64,000 bases of DNA, taken from contig MU005981.1 of assembly GCA_010093745.1 (NCBI GenBank), positions 124,001-188,000 of the forward strand, written 5' to 3'. The stretch is from Piedraia hortae CBS 480.64. Lineage: Eukaryota. This document shows, piece by piece, positions 24,511 to 36,504 of the stretch (position 1 is the stretch's first letter; each line of letters opens with the position of its first letter). Under the pieces are notes generated by a model. The model worked only from the letters and a program-made list of their open reading frames with translations. It made no database searches and was not told the DNA's origin. The position numbers were made by a program, and so were the translations under genes.

Positions 24511-25739
24511 GGCCTGTGATTCGAAGGTTGGTGAGCGAGGTGGCGAAGTAATCTGAAAGAAGAGGAGCATGCACGAGAAACTGGTGTCAGATGAAGAGCA
24601 ATGGAAGGGACACCATCTTTTCACTTGGTGATAGTAGCACTAAGTGTGTTGGTTTTGTATGCAGCTACGGATGTTGCTATGGCCGCCCGAGATCGGTCGT
24701 TACGTGCCCCTATGCACGTGTCGTCTGGGATTCTTAACGAAAAATAGAGTCTGAGTTTCTGTCGTCATCACCGTCCTACGAGGATGCGTATATGTGATAT
24801 TGCTAACTTGTTCCGCAAAGCGAGAATATTATAATTGTGAGCAGATGTGTACCTGCATACAAATCTCTACGGAAAACTAGTTGACGCGTGGAGTCGAGAG
24901 CCGAGCGCCGGTTACTAATAATGCGCGTAATATACCGCATATTCACAACAGAGAATGATTGGTTCCATTTTATTCAGCTCACCCGCGCACGTCACGGCTA
25001 TTCCCGATACTGCTCATTATACGTTATACTCGATGGATGCTTCCCATGCGATGAGGTTGAGCAACTTCACGTCATCATACCTATGGGCCAGATCGCATCA
25101 GATCGCCGCATTAGATCGAAGTTGTCCCTCATCAGATCGTACCTACGATCTGGTGCGGTCTGGCCCGTTATGCGAGGTTAGCGTCTTGGCAGGAGGGCGC
25201 GCCTCGTTTCATGTGGACACACGCATAGACACTTGCAGTACGTGCCTGACTATCATTGCAATCATTTCTTCCGACCTGTTATCCAAGCGATGTGGAATCT
25301 GGTACAATATGAAGGACAGCCACCGTCTAAACACAATCGACGCCAAAATCACGCGTTTCCTCAAGACAACCAACACGCTGTCATTCCTTGACGCTCAAAC
25401 GCAAGGTATATTTGATTATTCGAGCAATCCAACCAGTTCGTTAGGTCAATGGGAAAGTGATCTACCAGTTCTACACTGATGAGGATCGCTCAATTGTACT
25501 AGCCCTCCTATCAGTTAAGATGCGGCCACATCCGTTGGCAACCAACTTCGCCACATAGCCAGGCGTAAAGCGGGCATGAAATTCAACATGAATGCTAGCA
25601 AACCTGCTAGACGCTGTGAAAGCTGCCAACATAAACCTTCCAAGCCGCAATAAGTCCACGAATTCCTACAGTCACTACCGCCACCGGAGCAAACTTTCTG
25701 CCGCTTCTGCATCTCACAACCATCACCAGAATTCCGACT

Positions 25740-27780
25740 CAGTGTGGGGCATGCGTGTCATGCAGGATGCTGCCAAGGCCTGCAGCATTCGGATGCGCAT
25801 CCCGTCTTACATCTGCGACAAGCTGCTGGAGGCGGTTTCACATACCACTAACCGTACTACAACCTGTAGCTTGGTGGGGTGTCATGCAGTGTCACAAGTC
25901 GTGCCACATAAGTACAAATGGTGTTGTCCCCGAAAATAAAGACCACGGGCGAACTCTGCTGGACATTGCCAACTGCATCTTTGAAGGTCAACAGACAGTA
26001 CGGATTGCAAGTTCGAGTGATCCAATGTGACAACGAGTCCGGCTTTGGATTAGTAAATAACGGGAAGGCTGATGGAACCCAGTCTTTCCAAACATTTCAA
26101 AGGATGAGGGTATAGAGGTGTTACCAACCAGTCCACAAACCCCTCACCAAACCCGCAGAACAGCCTAAGGGTGCAATCACAACAGTGGTGCGATCATGAT
26201 TCATTCGGGCCCGCTCTCTATAAAGCCGCAGTCCGCATCCTGAATCGTCTGCCATCGTCGACATGAAGGACGATCCGACGAACAACCAGCCATGATTCAA
26301 CTTCCTCGGTGACGAAGAAAGTGCCTCCATACTTGGCGGCAATGATTACTGGCTGGTTACCCGCATCTTGCGGAATGACCGGCTGGCTTGTCGCTTTGTC
26401 ACGCAGTCCAAGGGGCACATTATCTGGCCTGCAGACGCGGCCAAGGCATACCGCCTGGAGGTCGAGGCTTTCCTGGACGCCCTCCTACTGATCCTGGGAC
26501 GGAGCTGACGGGGCTCACACACACGAACACCTCCCACCACATGCAGCTCTTTGTGGAAGACGGACTCATCATATCACAAGGGCTACGCCTGTACAAGTAA
26601 CACCAAGATTATCCACAGGTACCTCACAGCCCAGGTCAGCGAACTGTAAAATGTGCTCGATCCCACTTGGTCATGCCCTCAGTGAATGGAGCGTCGAATT
26701 TATCCTCTGACCACGAAGGCACTCAGAAACACTCATGAGGTGAGCTTGTGTGCTGCTTCCACTGCAGGTCGTATACAAGCAGAAAAGATCGAGCCCGGGG
26801 GCATGGAAGGCACCTTGCTTGGAATTCATGGGAAACACAACTTCCTTTCCTGGCTTAAATCTACAACGGTGTGTGAGACGTGTACTGTCGCCAAAATGCA
26901 GAGAACTTGGTAGGTGCTTTTAAACTATGTCTTCAACATTGTATCTAGGGGCTGACAGCCAATGCTCGTCCGGCGTACGTTGCTTGGAAAGATACGGCGG
27001 CTGCCCTCGTGGGGGCAGTGTCGTCTGTCCTGGCACATTCTAACGCCGCGCAGGAAACAGCTTGCGAATCTCTCCCCGAGTTGATCGCATAGCTCCATCA
27101 GTCTTTCCGCCGATATAACGCTCCCCTCGCCTGAGCCATTGTTATTATTGTTGTCGTTGTTAGTATTGTTTGTGGTTTGGGGCTCGTTATCAAAGCTGAG
27201 CTCAAGGTTTTCAAAGGACTTGTAAACTCTGTTGAGTTCTGTCGTCCACGACGTGATTGACTGCTTTGCGTAGGCTTGAGGGTGTAGCGCCTCTGCATCG
27301 GTAACTTTCAACTTTGCGCGGAACTCAGCATTCTCCAATTCCTTGTTTTCTACGGCAGAGAATTTCGGCGCCGCCAAAATCAGGGTATCGTCGGGCTGCA
27401 GCGCAACTAAACCAAACCTTTCGTCGTCACCTGCAGCGATGAGCAAACGCAGATCGCAGGTTGAAGTTTGCATCTGCGACTTGTTGATATGGTGAGAATA
27501 GTATGTTTGATACCAGTGTGTGCCAGCTTCGGCTATGCCATAGAGCGTCTGGATTCTTGACGACCTGACTGTTCAAACGGCAATCCCGGAGGGGTGATGA
27601 GCCTCCTTGCGCGCGTTTCGACAGCTGAATCATAAAAAGCTCAATCTCAACCCTTATCATGCCATCAGAATCGCTTGGTCATGCGAAGACCTTGCCCCTC
27701 GCGGGTATTGAAGATGTCGACGCTTGGTCGTCCCACATGGAGGACACTTGCTCCACGCTTGGATTGTGGAAGCAACGTAG
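25740..27780. mobile_element. Scrambled Ty1/Copia LTR-retrotransposon fragments
   Basis: Integrase-like pieces on + (LLEAVSHTTNRTTTCSLVG ~25820; YGLQVRVIQCDNESGF ~26000; KIEPGGMEGTLLGIHGKHNF ~26785). RT on - (LYGIAEAGTHWYQTYYSHH...FGLVALQPDDTLIL, 27545-27310). Gag-like LAGIEDVDAWSSHMEDTCSTLGLW on + at ~27700. No LTRs identified. Confidence 0.75.
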
Positions 27781-27999
27781 GTCAATTTCCAAGATCTTAT
27801 CTATGCCTTCAGTTTGGCCTTCCTGGACTTGGCACAGCCGAACAGATACCAGGCGGCCAAAATGCGTGACGTCGCCGATGGTAAGAGTGATCCATACTTC
27901 ACTCCACCAGCTCCACAGAATTCCTTAGTCCTTCGTATTCCTTCCGGTCGCTATAAGGGTCGTCTCACAAGAAAATGGTCTCAAAGAAAGTCTTGACTA

Positions 28000-28860
28000 A
28001 ATACTGTCGGTAACGATCTGTGCAAAGTTTGTCCTGGGGTGATCAACCGAGATTTTCTGCGAAGTTGTCCTACGTGGGAATCGCAACCGTGGTATGGAAG
28101 ATGAAAAAGATCTTGCCAAGGATCGTCTTCATCGTGATATCCCCCATTGTCGTCGCAACTTGCCAACAGAAACACAGCATCGCGCTGTATTCCCTGAAGA
28201 TCGGTCAGTGTGAGGAAAAATCACCGATGGAAAAGGCTTACCCGGGTCTTGCAGTGGAAAAGGGCCACCGCGACAATCAGCATAACAGCGGCTTCCACCA
28301 GGAACCACAACGGGGCTTGGCGCCAATGGTAGCGCTCGTTGGGCCAGTGACTCCGTTCGCAGATGCTCGCGACCATGGGGTACCGATAGGCCAAGTCCCC
28401 TTTGATTATCACATAGGCAATCCCCATGCGCATTATCCTCCCAGCGATGGCAAATTGATCTTTTCCAGCTGCACGCGAATAGACAACAATTTTCACATGT
28501 CCCTCCTCCGTCCTGCCACCATGAGGTCCCCAGGTCAGCAATCCACCTGCCCACGACAAGTTCATATCCTCCTAAGCGGATGGAATTCTAAACACCAGCT
28601 ATCAAGTCCGATAATTTTCTTCGCTGAAAAAGTCACTACATACCTACATGGCTCGACCAAATGCAAGTCTCCAACGCTGGCCATCGATCACGGTCCCAGG
28701 CCGTACAGGTAACGTTCCCGGATTGTAGTCTCCACTTCATAGCAGGTCTTATCACGAGGTAGGTCATATCTGTGAAATCATCAGTGTTTACCAGCAATGT
28801 GCATGGGAGGAATTCAACTGTCATGGGCACTGATAAGGACAAATAAGAACTCATACAACA
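28000..28860 (-). pseudogene. Possible highly decayed DUF6606-like relic
   Basis: HWPNERYHWRQAPLWFLV resembles the recalled PWRRSPLWL motif of fungal DUF6606 proteins; it is interrupted by many stops. Recognised from memory only. Confidence 0.25.
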
Positions 28861-30552
28861 AAGCCGGAAAGCACAGGAAAATATCCGCATACGTGCCATC
28901 TCCGCAAAGTGTGAGCAGGGCAGAGAGTTCACAATCAGAACATCTCTCATTGAGGCGCTTGACGCCATCTTGTGCGTTTCCCGCAGAGCCAAGAGCTGGG
29001 CCAGCAGCATTCGACTCGTCCTGGCCCAAGCTGCAACCAAGGCATTGGAAACAGATCAACTTGACGAACTTCACATATAAAGAGGAAGTCTTCGTGCGCC
29101 GTTCGGTAGACGTACCTTCTGTGTCAAGCTGCGCAAATCCCTGTACGAACTGTGCCAATCACCACTCTCCTGTTAGGGGATGTCAGCGAAGATTAAATGC
29201 CATGGGAACATGTCTTACTTTATTAATGACGGGGTAATTTTCCTTATCGTGGTGGACGACCCAAAATCGCGAACAAGGACATCAGTGAGAGATTGTAATA
29301 TCAGCACCTCAGGTAATGGTACAACTACGCCACGAGCGAAAAACCCAACATGTCACTTCCCCGTTGCGGGCAGTGCTCAAAAAATGAAGGTAACATCATG
29401 GGAGACAGTGCTCATACACCGGGAAGGGAGAAAAATCGTTCTCCCAAAGATCCATACCCCGGTGACACACCTTCCCCACTGCTCTGCTCCCAATGACCCA
29501 CACCCCGCCCTCTGGAACTTGTTCCCATCCTCACACAAGAACCCCGGGATGGGAATGAGATGAAGGCATGTGTCCCACATCCATTTGAAGGGCACAAACT
29601 TCCTTTCTCTCTGGGATGCACTCGAGATCTGAGGTGTCGGAGGGACGATATACTGACTGGACGTCCCGACTTCGGCCATAGTCGTCGAGACAGGGGCCTA
29701 TGGAAGAGTATTCGGCTTTTATGGGTAACGATTCCATATAAGTTTGTGAGGGTTATCGACATCGAAGAGCCTCGTACCCCTGCTTTTGCGGACAATCAAT
29801 CCCATGAATCGTCAGCAGGACCTGTTCGACAGCACTGTTTCCTTAAGGCAGCATTGCTCCCCAGATAGAGGTCTTTTTTTTTGTGCTTTCCGGTCTCTAA
29901 GATCATCATTTTTCCTTCGGTGCACTGTTGTGCTCACGGTCTGATTTCTGCACGTCTTCCTAGAGGATCGCATGTCAGGGGAGATGGTGAGCTGGGTGAC
30001 GTCTACGACGCAGGCTGGGTATTTTTGATTGACACGCAAGCATGCTCCGATACCCCATGGCTTACAGAGGTGTTTGGTTTCTGTGGTTTGCGGTCTGGCC
30101 CTCAATTCGATAGACGCCTCCAGATCGATAGAGAAATCAAATTTTTACTCATCGAGTCTGCTATGCAGCGCTCATAAGTCGTTTGTTCTTATGGAAGTTA
30201 TCATTCATAGCCCCTGAGATCTCATGCTTCCATTTCCGCCGTAAGAGGATTGGGATTGGATTTAACCAGGAGGCTGGCTCGTATGTAGAGGGGAGGAATG
30301 GGATTTCATACTTGAGGATTCTGATTTTCTTTCTTGTTTTCTTCGTTATGTGGGTTTCAACGGGCAGACTCATGACAGATGATTTTACTTTGTGGTACGA
30401 AAGGCGATATGGACCACATTACTGGAAAAACTAGATTCTGCATACAGATGCCTTCACCCAGCTGGAACATGATATCTCATATTAGGGACAGTAAAGCATA
30501 AGTAAAGAGACGAGTCTAGGTTACACAATGGGGAATACAGACAAGAGAGCCG

Positions 30553-31422
30553 TTACTTCTTTGGCGGGTACTTATTACGGAAGAGCCATCTGCGTTAGGG
30601 TCAGCTTTGTGATTCGGAAAAAACTAAACAGACATACTGCGAGAGGTAGTAGTCGCTCACGGCGAACACGCCGACGATGCCCGCCCAGGTGCCAGCGACT
30701 TTCCATGTCAACGTTCCAGCCTGATTCATGCGGTAGGCGCCGGCTCCCAGAGCGGCAGCAACGACGCCCATGACAACTGCATTGCCAATGACAACGGGAT
30801 TGCCCTTGTTCTTCTCGGCCCAGTCCTCGGCATCGCGGCCTATCTGTTCCACCTTCTTCCCGTCTTCTCGGAGCTCCTTTTTCGCGCTTTCGTACGAGCG
30901 GGCCGCGCTGGCCTTGGCCTTGTCATAGTCGTTGCTGGCTTCCTTGGAAAGCTCCTCCGTCTTTTGCGAAAATTCCTTGGCGTACTTGTCAAGGGTCTGA
31001 CCGGCGACCTTCGAGGCCTTGTCGACTTCATCAGACACCTCTTTGGACAGCTGACTGGCCTTCTTGCTGGCGTCCTTGGACAGCTCGTCGGCCTGCTTGC
31101 CGGCTTCAGATTCCAGACGCTTGGCATCAGCCGATGCCTTTTGACCAAAATCTTTGGCATCCTTGGATGCCTTGTCGGCAGACTTTGCGACATCGCGCTT
31201 CAGCTCCTCGGCCTCTTTTTCCTGCTCAGCATACGACGGGATGTTGACGGTGTCGGAGCTCATCGTGTCAACGGTGCCGGAGCTTGATTTGGAGTACTTG
31301 ATCTCAGGCACGGGATCGGCCAGTTTCTAGACAGTCAGCGACGCCGGCATCCAGCGGCAGACACGTACATCATCGTGCGACTGCTTCGGCCCGTGGTCCT
31401 TGACGGCGGACGCGTACGACAT
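30553..31422 (-). CDS. OM14: Mitochondrial outer membrane OM14-like protein with LEA-like central region (exons 31422-31369, 31326-30638, 30589-30553)
   Basis: MSYASAVKDHGPKQS N-terminus; C-terminal NPVVIGNAVV...GAGAYR...LTWK...DYYLSQWLFRNKYPPKK; two GT-AG introns with branch points. Confidence 0.7.
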
Positions 31423-31652
31423 GTCGTCTGCGGAGTCGTGGTCGCCGTCGCCGTTAGGGCGGTGTAGGAGAGCTGCGGGGGAAGCCAGGATGACGGTGGT
31501 GACGGAATGAAGGGCTTTGTTTTGCGGAAGAGTCGGGTGTCACAAACTTGGAATGGTCCGAGGCTTTGGCCGGTTTCGTCATAGAAGACGCTAGGCTGTG
31601 TTTGGCTAGCGCTGGAGCACGCAGATAATTGTGACATCATTACGACTACCCA

Positions 31653-32586
31653 TTACTTTCTATCAGCCTTGGCCTTTGCCAGCCAATCATCGTAACTCCC
31701 GTCCTTCACCTTCATCTCCGTAACGCCTTTGAGCATCTCCCCAATAAAACCCACAAAATTATGCCTCCTCAGTGAATTCTCCCAATGCCACCGATCCCGT
31801 TTTGCCTTTTCGCGAGTGGCTGCTTCGGCATCACCCTCCTCGCGTGCCTTTTGCAACATATCTGGACACAAAGCAAGCAGGTTGAACCTGATCTCCGTCG
31901 GAGGATAACGCTCGATCCTGCGCTGGAGGACAGGAACAACCGCATCCGCTAGGATCTCTTTCGGGCAGGCTCCGTGGTCGCCGTGTCTGATGGGAGACGG
32001 CTGCAGTCCGTCCAGCTCGTATAGCGTGTCATCAATAGAAGTATATGCAATGAAATGATATACATCATCGTCTTCTTCTGCGGGACGAGACTCGTCTGAC
32101 ATGAAGGGCGAGGCTTTTGCGAACGAATTGTGGACTTCGCGTATGCTCTCTGAATTGCTCAGGGCTTCGCCGCGGTATTCTGGCGGGAAGCTCAATGTGA
32201 ATTCTCTGAACTCTTGTAGCGTCTTGCCCAAGTCAATGTCTTGGTTTAGGAGTATGCTGAGCAACGCCTGGGTCCCGCAGGCGTTTTGAATGGTCTGCCT
32301 GGCGAACCATATATTCGCTTCAGAGTCAGATTCTCCGTCCCTGGGAGCTTTGTTCTCTGTCTTGGGGTATTTGAAGAGAAAAATTACACCGTAGGGATCA
32401 AGCTCTTGCAGCGATTCAGGCTCCAGCGTGAGCAACTCTTCTGCTTGAACATTTTTGGCTCCCAGTGACTCTATCAACGAAGTAAAAACGCCAGCGTCTG
32501 ACTCGATGGTATCTATATTCGTTAATATATAAAGCCCACTACGCGATGATTTTTCCGGTGGGTTACTCACTCCAGCCACCAGACAT
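31653..32586 (-). CDS. UCH37: Ubiquitin C-terminal hydrolase UCH37/UCH-L5 (exons 32586-32571, 32512-31653)
   Basis: Spliced MSGGWNTIESDAGVFT; catalytic QTIQNACGTQA, YHFIAY and YELDGL; C-terminal ENSLRRHNFVGF. Confidence 0.92.
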
Positions 32587-32705
32587 CTTCAATGGTGGTA
32601 TGTTTGGGACCAAACAAGGCGACAAACAATTTGTGCGGAATGCTTTCCGCCGTTGAAGTTCTTTAGTTTCAGATGACTTTCAGCAGATCGTATGTAGCTA
32701 TAATA

Positions 32706-35064
32706 TCATTTCGCCTTTTCCCCCTTTCCAACTCGTTGTAAGAACTCTCGCACTCGACTTACTTGATCGCCCTCCAGCAATCCGTTACGTTCACTTTCCA
32801 CTGCAGCCAGTAGCGAAGGCAGAGCCTCATCAACCCTGTCTTCAGGCACATCAGTACATATACTGACCACCCGACGGTACATATTCTCCGTCGGTCGTGA
32901 CCGATTGCGGAGCTGCTCAAGTTCTGTTTTCAACTTTTCGTTGATAGCACAGAGGGCAGTGTGATACGCTTCGCGCTCAGCTGTGCTTCCGTCTTGCGAT
33001 ATTTTTCGCCAAAGCAACTCCCCTTGAGGAGATCTGGAGCTTAGTTTCTTACGCAGTTTCGCTATTGCCCTTTCATAGCTTTCCTTCTTTGCCAGGCGCT
33101 CTTCTCGCTGCTGCTGGCGCTCTTTGAGTTGTTGCACTGCCTCGCGGGCGGCTTGCTGCGTGGTGCTCAACGTACGTATTTGTTCGTTGATACCATCGAT
33201 TTGCTCGTTGCGTTGTCGCAGCAAATCGCGATGTGCTGCTAGCTGTTGTGCCAGCGTTCCTGTGATGCCTAGAGTGTCAGTATGATTTCCATCTGGTGAT
33301 AAAACAACATACTTGATTGAATTTCTTCCATTAGCACGTCTACCTGGCTAGGCCGCGGTTCAGCTGTCACGTCAATCTCAGGAACAGTTGATTGTTTGCT
33401 CTCGTTTGTAGTTCCGCAGTCAATACCAAAATCTTTGGGGGCAAACCCCTTGTAGTTTGGTAAGTTTGGGTCCGCGTGGATTTCCAAGAGCTGCTGAATA
33501 ATGCTACGAACTCCCAAACGGGCCGCCATATGCAGAGCTGTGTTGCCCGCTTTGTCACGAGCGTTCACAACGTGCGATAGGAAGCGGACCAGGCTCGGTG
33601 TGCCTGGCTTTGCAGAATCTCGCTCAGATGATGGCGTGCCAATGCGCACCAAATACTCCAGTAGTGTCTCCAAATAGTACTTGCAGATTGGAGCGCGCCC
33701 TTTGATGCCAGCTGACACAGCAATATGGTGCAGAACTGTGCGCCCAGAAGCATCGCGTGCTTCGATGAGCGGGCCAAGCATCTCCAGAAATTCTGGAAAA
33801 GTGGCAGAGGTGTAGCAGTTTGCTGTCAGCACTGCGCTCATCAGCGGCGTGAGTCCAGCGGCATTGCCTCGCCAAGTGTCTGCGCCTTTCTGGATGAGCA
33901 TCCTCATGAGAGGTGCGCGCGCCGTCATGGCGGCCCAGTGCAGGGCATTATTCGCAGAAGGATCAAGCGGAAGCATCAAGTCCTCGGCGGTGAGTTTCAT
34001 CAAAGCTTCGCGCAAGGAGTAGTCTGAGGAGCTTGTGGGAGTGAAGAGTTCCATGATGAGGTCAATCTTATCATTCTGCTGCTCGGTCATGGACGTTGCT
34101 ATGGGAGGCAATGCAGCCGATTCGTTGGTCCCTTCCGGACCGTCGCCGTGGCTAGGCAAGGGCGCTGCACTTAATGCTGGATCCAGCGTCGGAGCAGTTG
34201 GCCAACTATCAGTGCTGGACTGTCGCTTTCTCTTCCGCGAGGGCTCGGCCATACTGGAGTTTTGGTAGAGGTCGGCAGTATTTGCGTCTCTTTCGGGTGG
34301 GCGATGGGCCGAACTTACGAATGGCGGCTGTGATGAGGGAAGACGAGCCGCCTTATTAACGGCGGCTAGAGCCATGGAAGAAGTGGACGAAAGGCCACCG
34401 TGAAAGGGACTGTTCATCATGGACGACGTCTGATTCGAATCTGATTGGCCCTGATAGTAACGTTTACGATTAGCTGCCATGGCCTGTTCCTTGGTGGGCG
34501 TATCCTGTTGTCTCCGAGCGGCTCCATTGGCTGTAACATCGTGATCCAACAATGGTTTCAGAAGCTCCTCGACGCCGTACTGCTGACAGAATTCTCTTCC
34601 GCGCGCATAGCTGATCCATGTGCCTTGGTATTTGCCGAAGCCGCCCTGCACCTTCTCGTGCTCGCCAGGCAACACTTCCTTTTCCAGAACTTTTGTTCGT
34701 TTGCCCTTGTCGATGCCAGCGACTTTGAGTATCTGGGTTGCATTGAGCCAACCGTCCTCGCAGCGGCGCATGCACAGCACCCCCCGCACTTCCATCTCGT
34801 AAACCGTGACGCCCGAGTACACAGCCTAGCGCGTCAGCACGCGTCCACGCGTCCACGCGTCAAGTACGCGACGCGACTTACCGTGTAAATCTGGGGCTCC
34901 CCTTGAGGGGCAGCAAGGGTTCGCGTGTTCACGGGGCTTCCATTCTGGAACGCGAACACGCCGCCGCCGTTGTTTGCCTTGTCAAACATCGCGCCGAAGC
35001 CGAGTCCGTATGGTGACGCACTTGGAGCCAAGTGATGAGACGGACTTGGAGACATTTTTACCAT
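32706..35064 (-). CDS. SWI6: MBF/SBF subunit of Swi6/Cdc10 type, APSES (KilA-N) + ankyrin repeats (exons 35064-34882, 34825-33313, 33268-32706)
   Basis: PQIYTAVYSGVTVYEMEV...WLNATQILKVAG...HEKVQGGFGKYQGTW; ankyrin motifs NNALHWAA, GRTVLHHIA and GNTALHMAAR; C-terminal coiled coil and YRRVVSICT. Confidence 0.88.
34829..34876. promoter_or_regulatory. Tandem MCB array within intron 1 of the Swi6/Cdc10-type gene
   Basis: ACGCGT at 34839, 34847 and 34855 (8-bp period), plus ACGCGA at 34866 and 34871 and GCGCGT at 34829, all inside the 56-nt intron 34826-34881. Confidence 0.65.
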
Positions 35065-35694
35065 CGCCTATTGCGCACTTTCTCGTTAGAAAAGGATCTT
35101 GTGAATGTCGCGGTCGTCGACGCGACGCGTCCCGGGCCGGACCGTAAGAGGAAGCGCTAGCGTCATGCAGGCAAATATTCTAGAATTGTGAGACCACGAT
35201 TCTCGGATGTTGTGGAAGCTGACGTTGGCAATAGGCTTCTCGTCGACACTGTCAAGCGTAAATAGCTGCTGTCACACATAGTTTCATGGGAGCCTATCTA
35301 CAGCACTCATTCATAGTGACATATTTCACTGATTCAAGCACGCCTGCCAAAGGCAGTGTGCACGAGGCAAATTTTCTCACGACAATAGGCCTAACAGCGA
35401 TAACGACGTTGAATGAGCTCACATGGAACCAAGCCCTGGAAAGCGCGTAGGCAAGCACTGCTGGCCGTACGCCGCCCAAAAACGGCTGCGAGCCTAGGCC
35501 CATTCCGGCAATGTGTACCTGAAAGGCGCAAGCATGCGGAGGAAGCGGCCGAGGGCCGTCGCTACCCGCGACTCAGCTTGGATAAATTTGGTCGAGCACG
35601 TCAACATCTGGAATCTGCCCCCTCTGATAGACCGCAAATCAAATTCACATCATATAGACCATCCTAGGCGCAGGGTATCAGCAACTCCTGCAGC

Positions 35695-36414
35695 ATGGCC
35701 AACGCTTCAACCCCAACCATTACTTTAGCCACATCAGATGGTATGCCTACCCTCTACACATCCTCCCCATCTCACCCGAGAAAACAGATGTCGGCGAAAT
35801 TTTAGCAATGATCCGCGAACTCGCAAAGTATCAGAACGCACTGGACAAAGTCGAAGCCACCGAAGACTCCTTACGACGTACTCTGACCTTTTCTGGCGGT
35901 ACTCAGAGGCACAACCCCGGGTATGCTAAGACCTTTCTGCTGCGGTTGCCAGCCAAACCAAGCCATGAAGGGGACGAGCCAAGAGCAGTAGCTGGTATGG
36001 CCATGTTTTTTCACAGTTATAGGCATGTTCCTCTCCAGCCCAAAATGCTCAACACGTGAGCTGATTGAGGTGGTTGATAGCACATGGCGCGCGTGTCCAG
36101 GCGTGCATCTCGAAGATCTTTATGTGCGGCCACAGTACCGCAAACGCGGATACGGCAAGATGCTGATTCAAGCTTGTGCGCAGGAAGTAGCCCGAATCGG
36201 AGGTGCGCGGCTGGAATGGAGTTGTTTGAAAAATAACAAAGCTTCCCTCGAGTTTTACGACTCTCTGGGTGCGAAACAGATGCCTGAGTGGGTCAGTCTG
36301 CGGGTGGACGGCGACGACCTGAGCCAGCTTTATTCGGGTGAAACGCTTGCTTTGCGAGAAGGGCAAGACGTCACCATGGGCACAGTCGGTGTTAGCGGCG
36401 AGGCCACTGCATAA
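35695..36414 (+). CDS. GNAT N-acetyltransferase, Ats1/SSAT-like (exons 35695-35740, 35788-36022, 36081-36414)
   Basis: DVGEILAMIRELAKY; GMAMFFHSY/STWRACPGVHLEDLYVRPQYRKRGYG; RLEWSCL; FYDSLGA. Intron 2 has a GC donor. Confidence 0.9.
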
Positions 36415-36504
36415 ATATCACGAACACATCTATAGATGAAACCAGCAATTTGGGATAGGTGAACCACAGAACCACTCTTACACTCCCTACCACACCCATG
36501 GAAA

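Noticed and set aside
28020..28712. 230-aa plus-strand ORF
   Set aside because: Non-ATG start and no motifs; more likely a shadow of a minus-strand relic.
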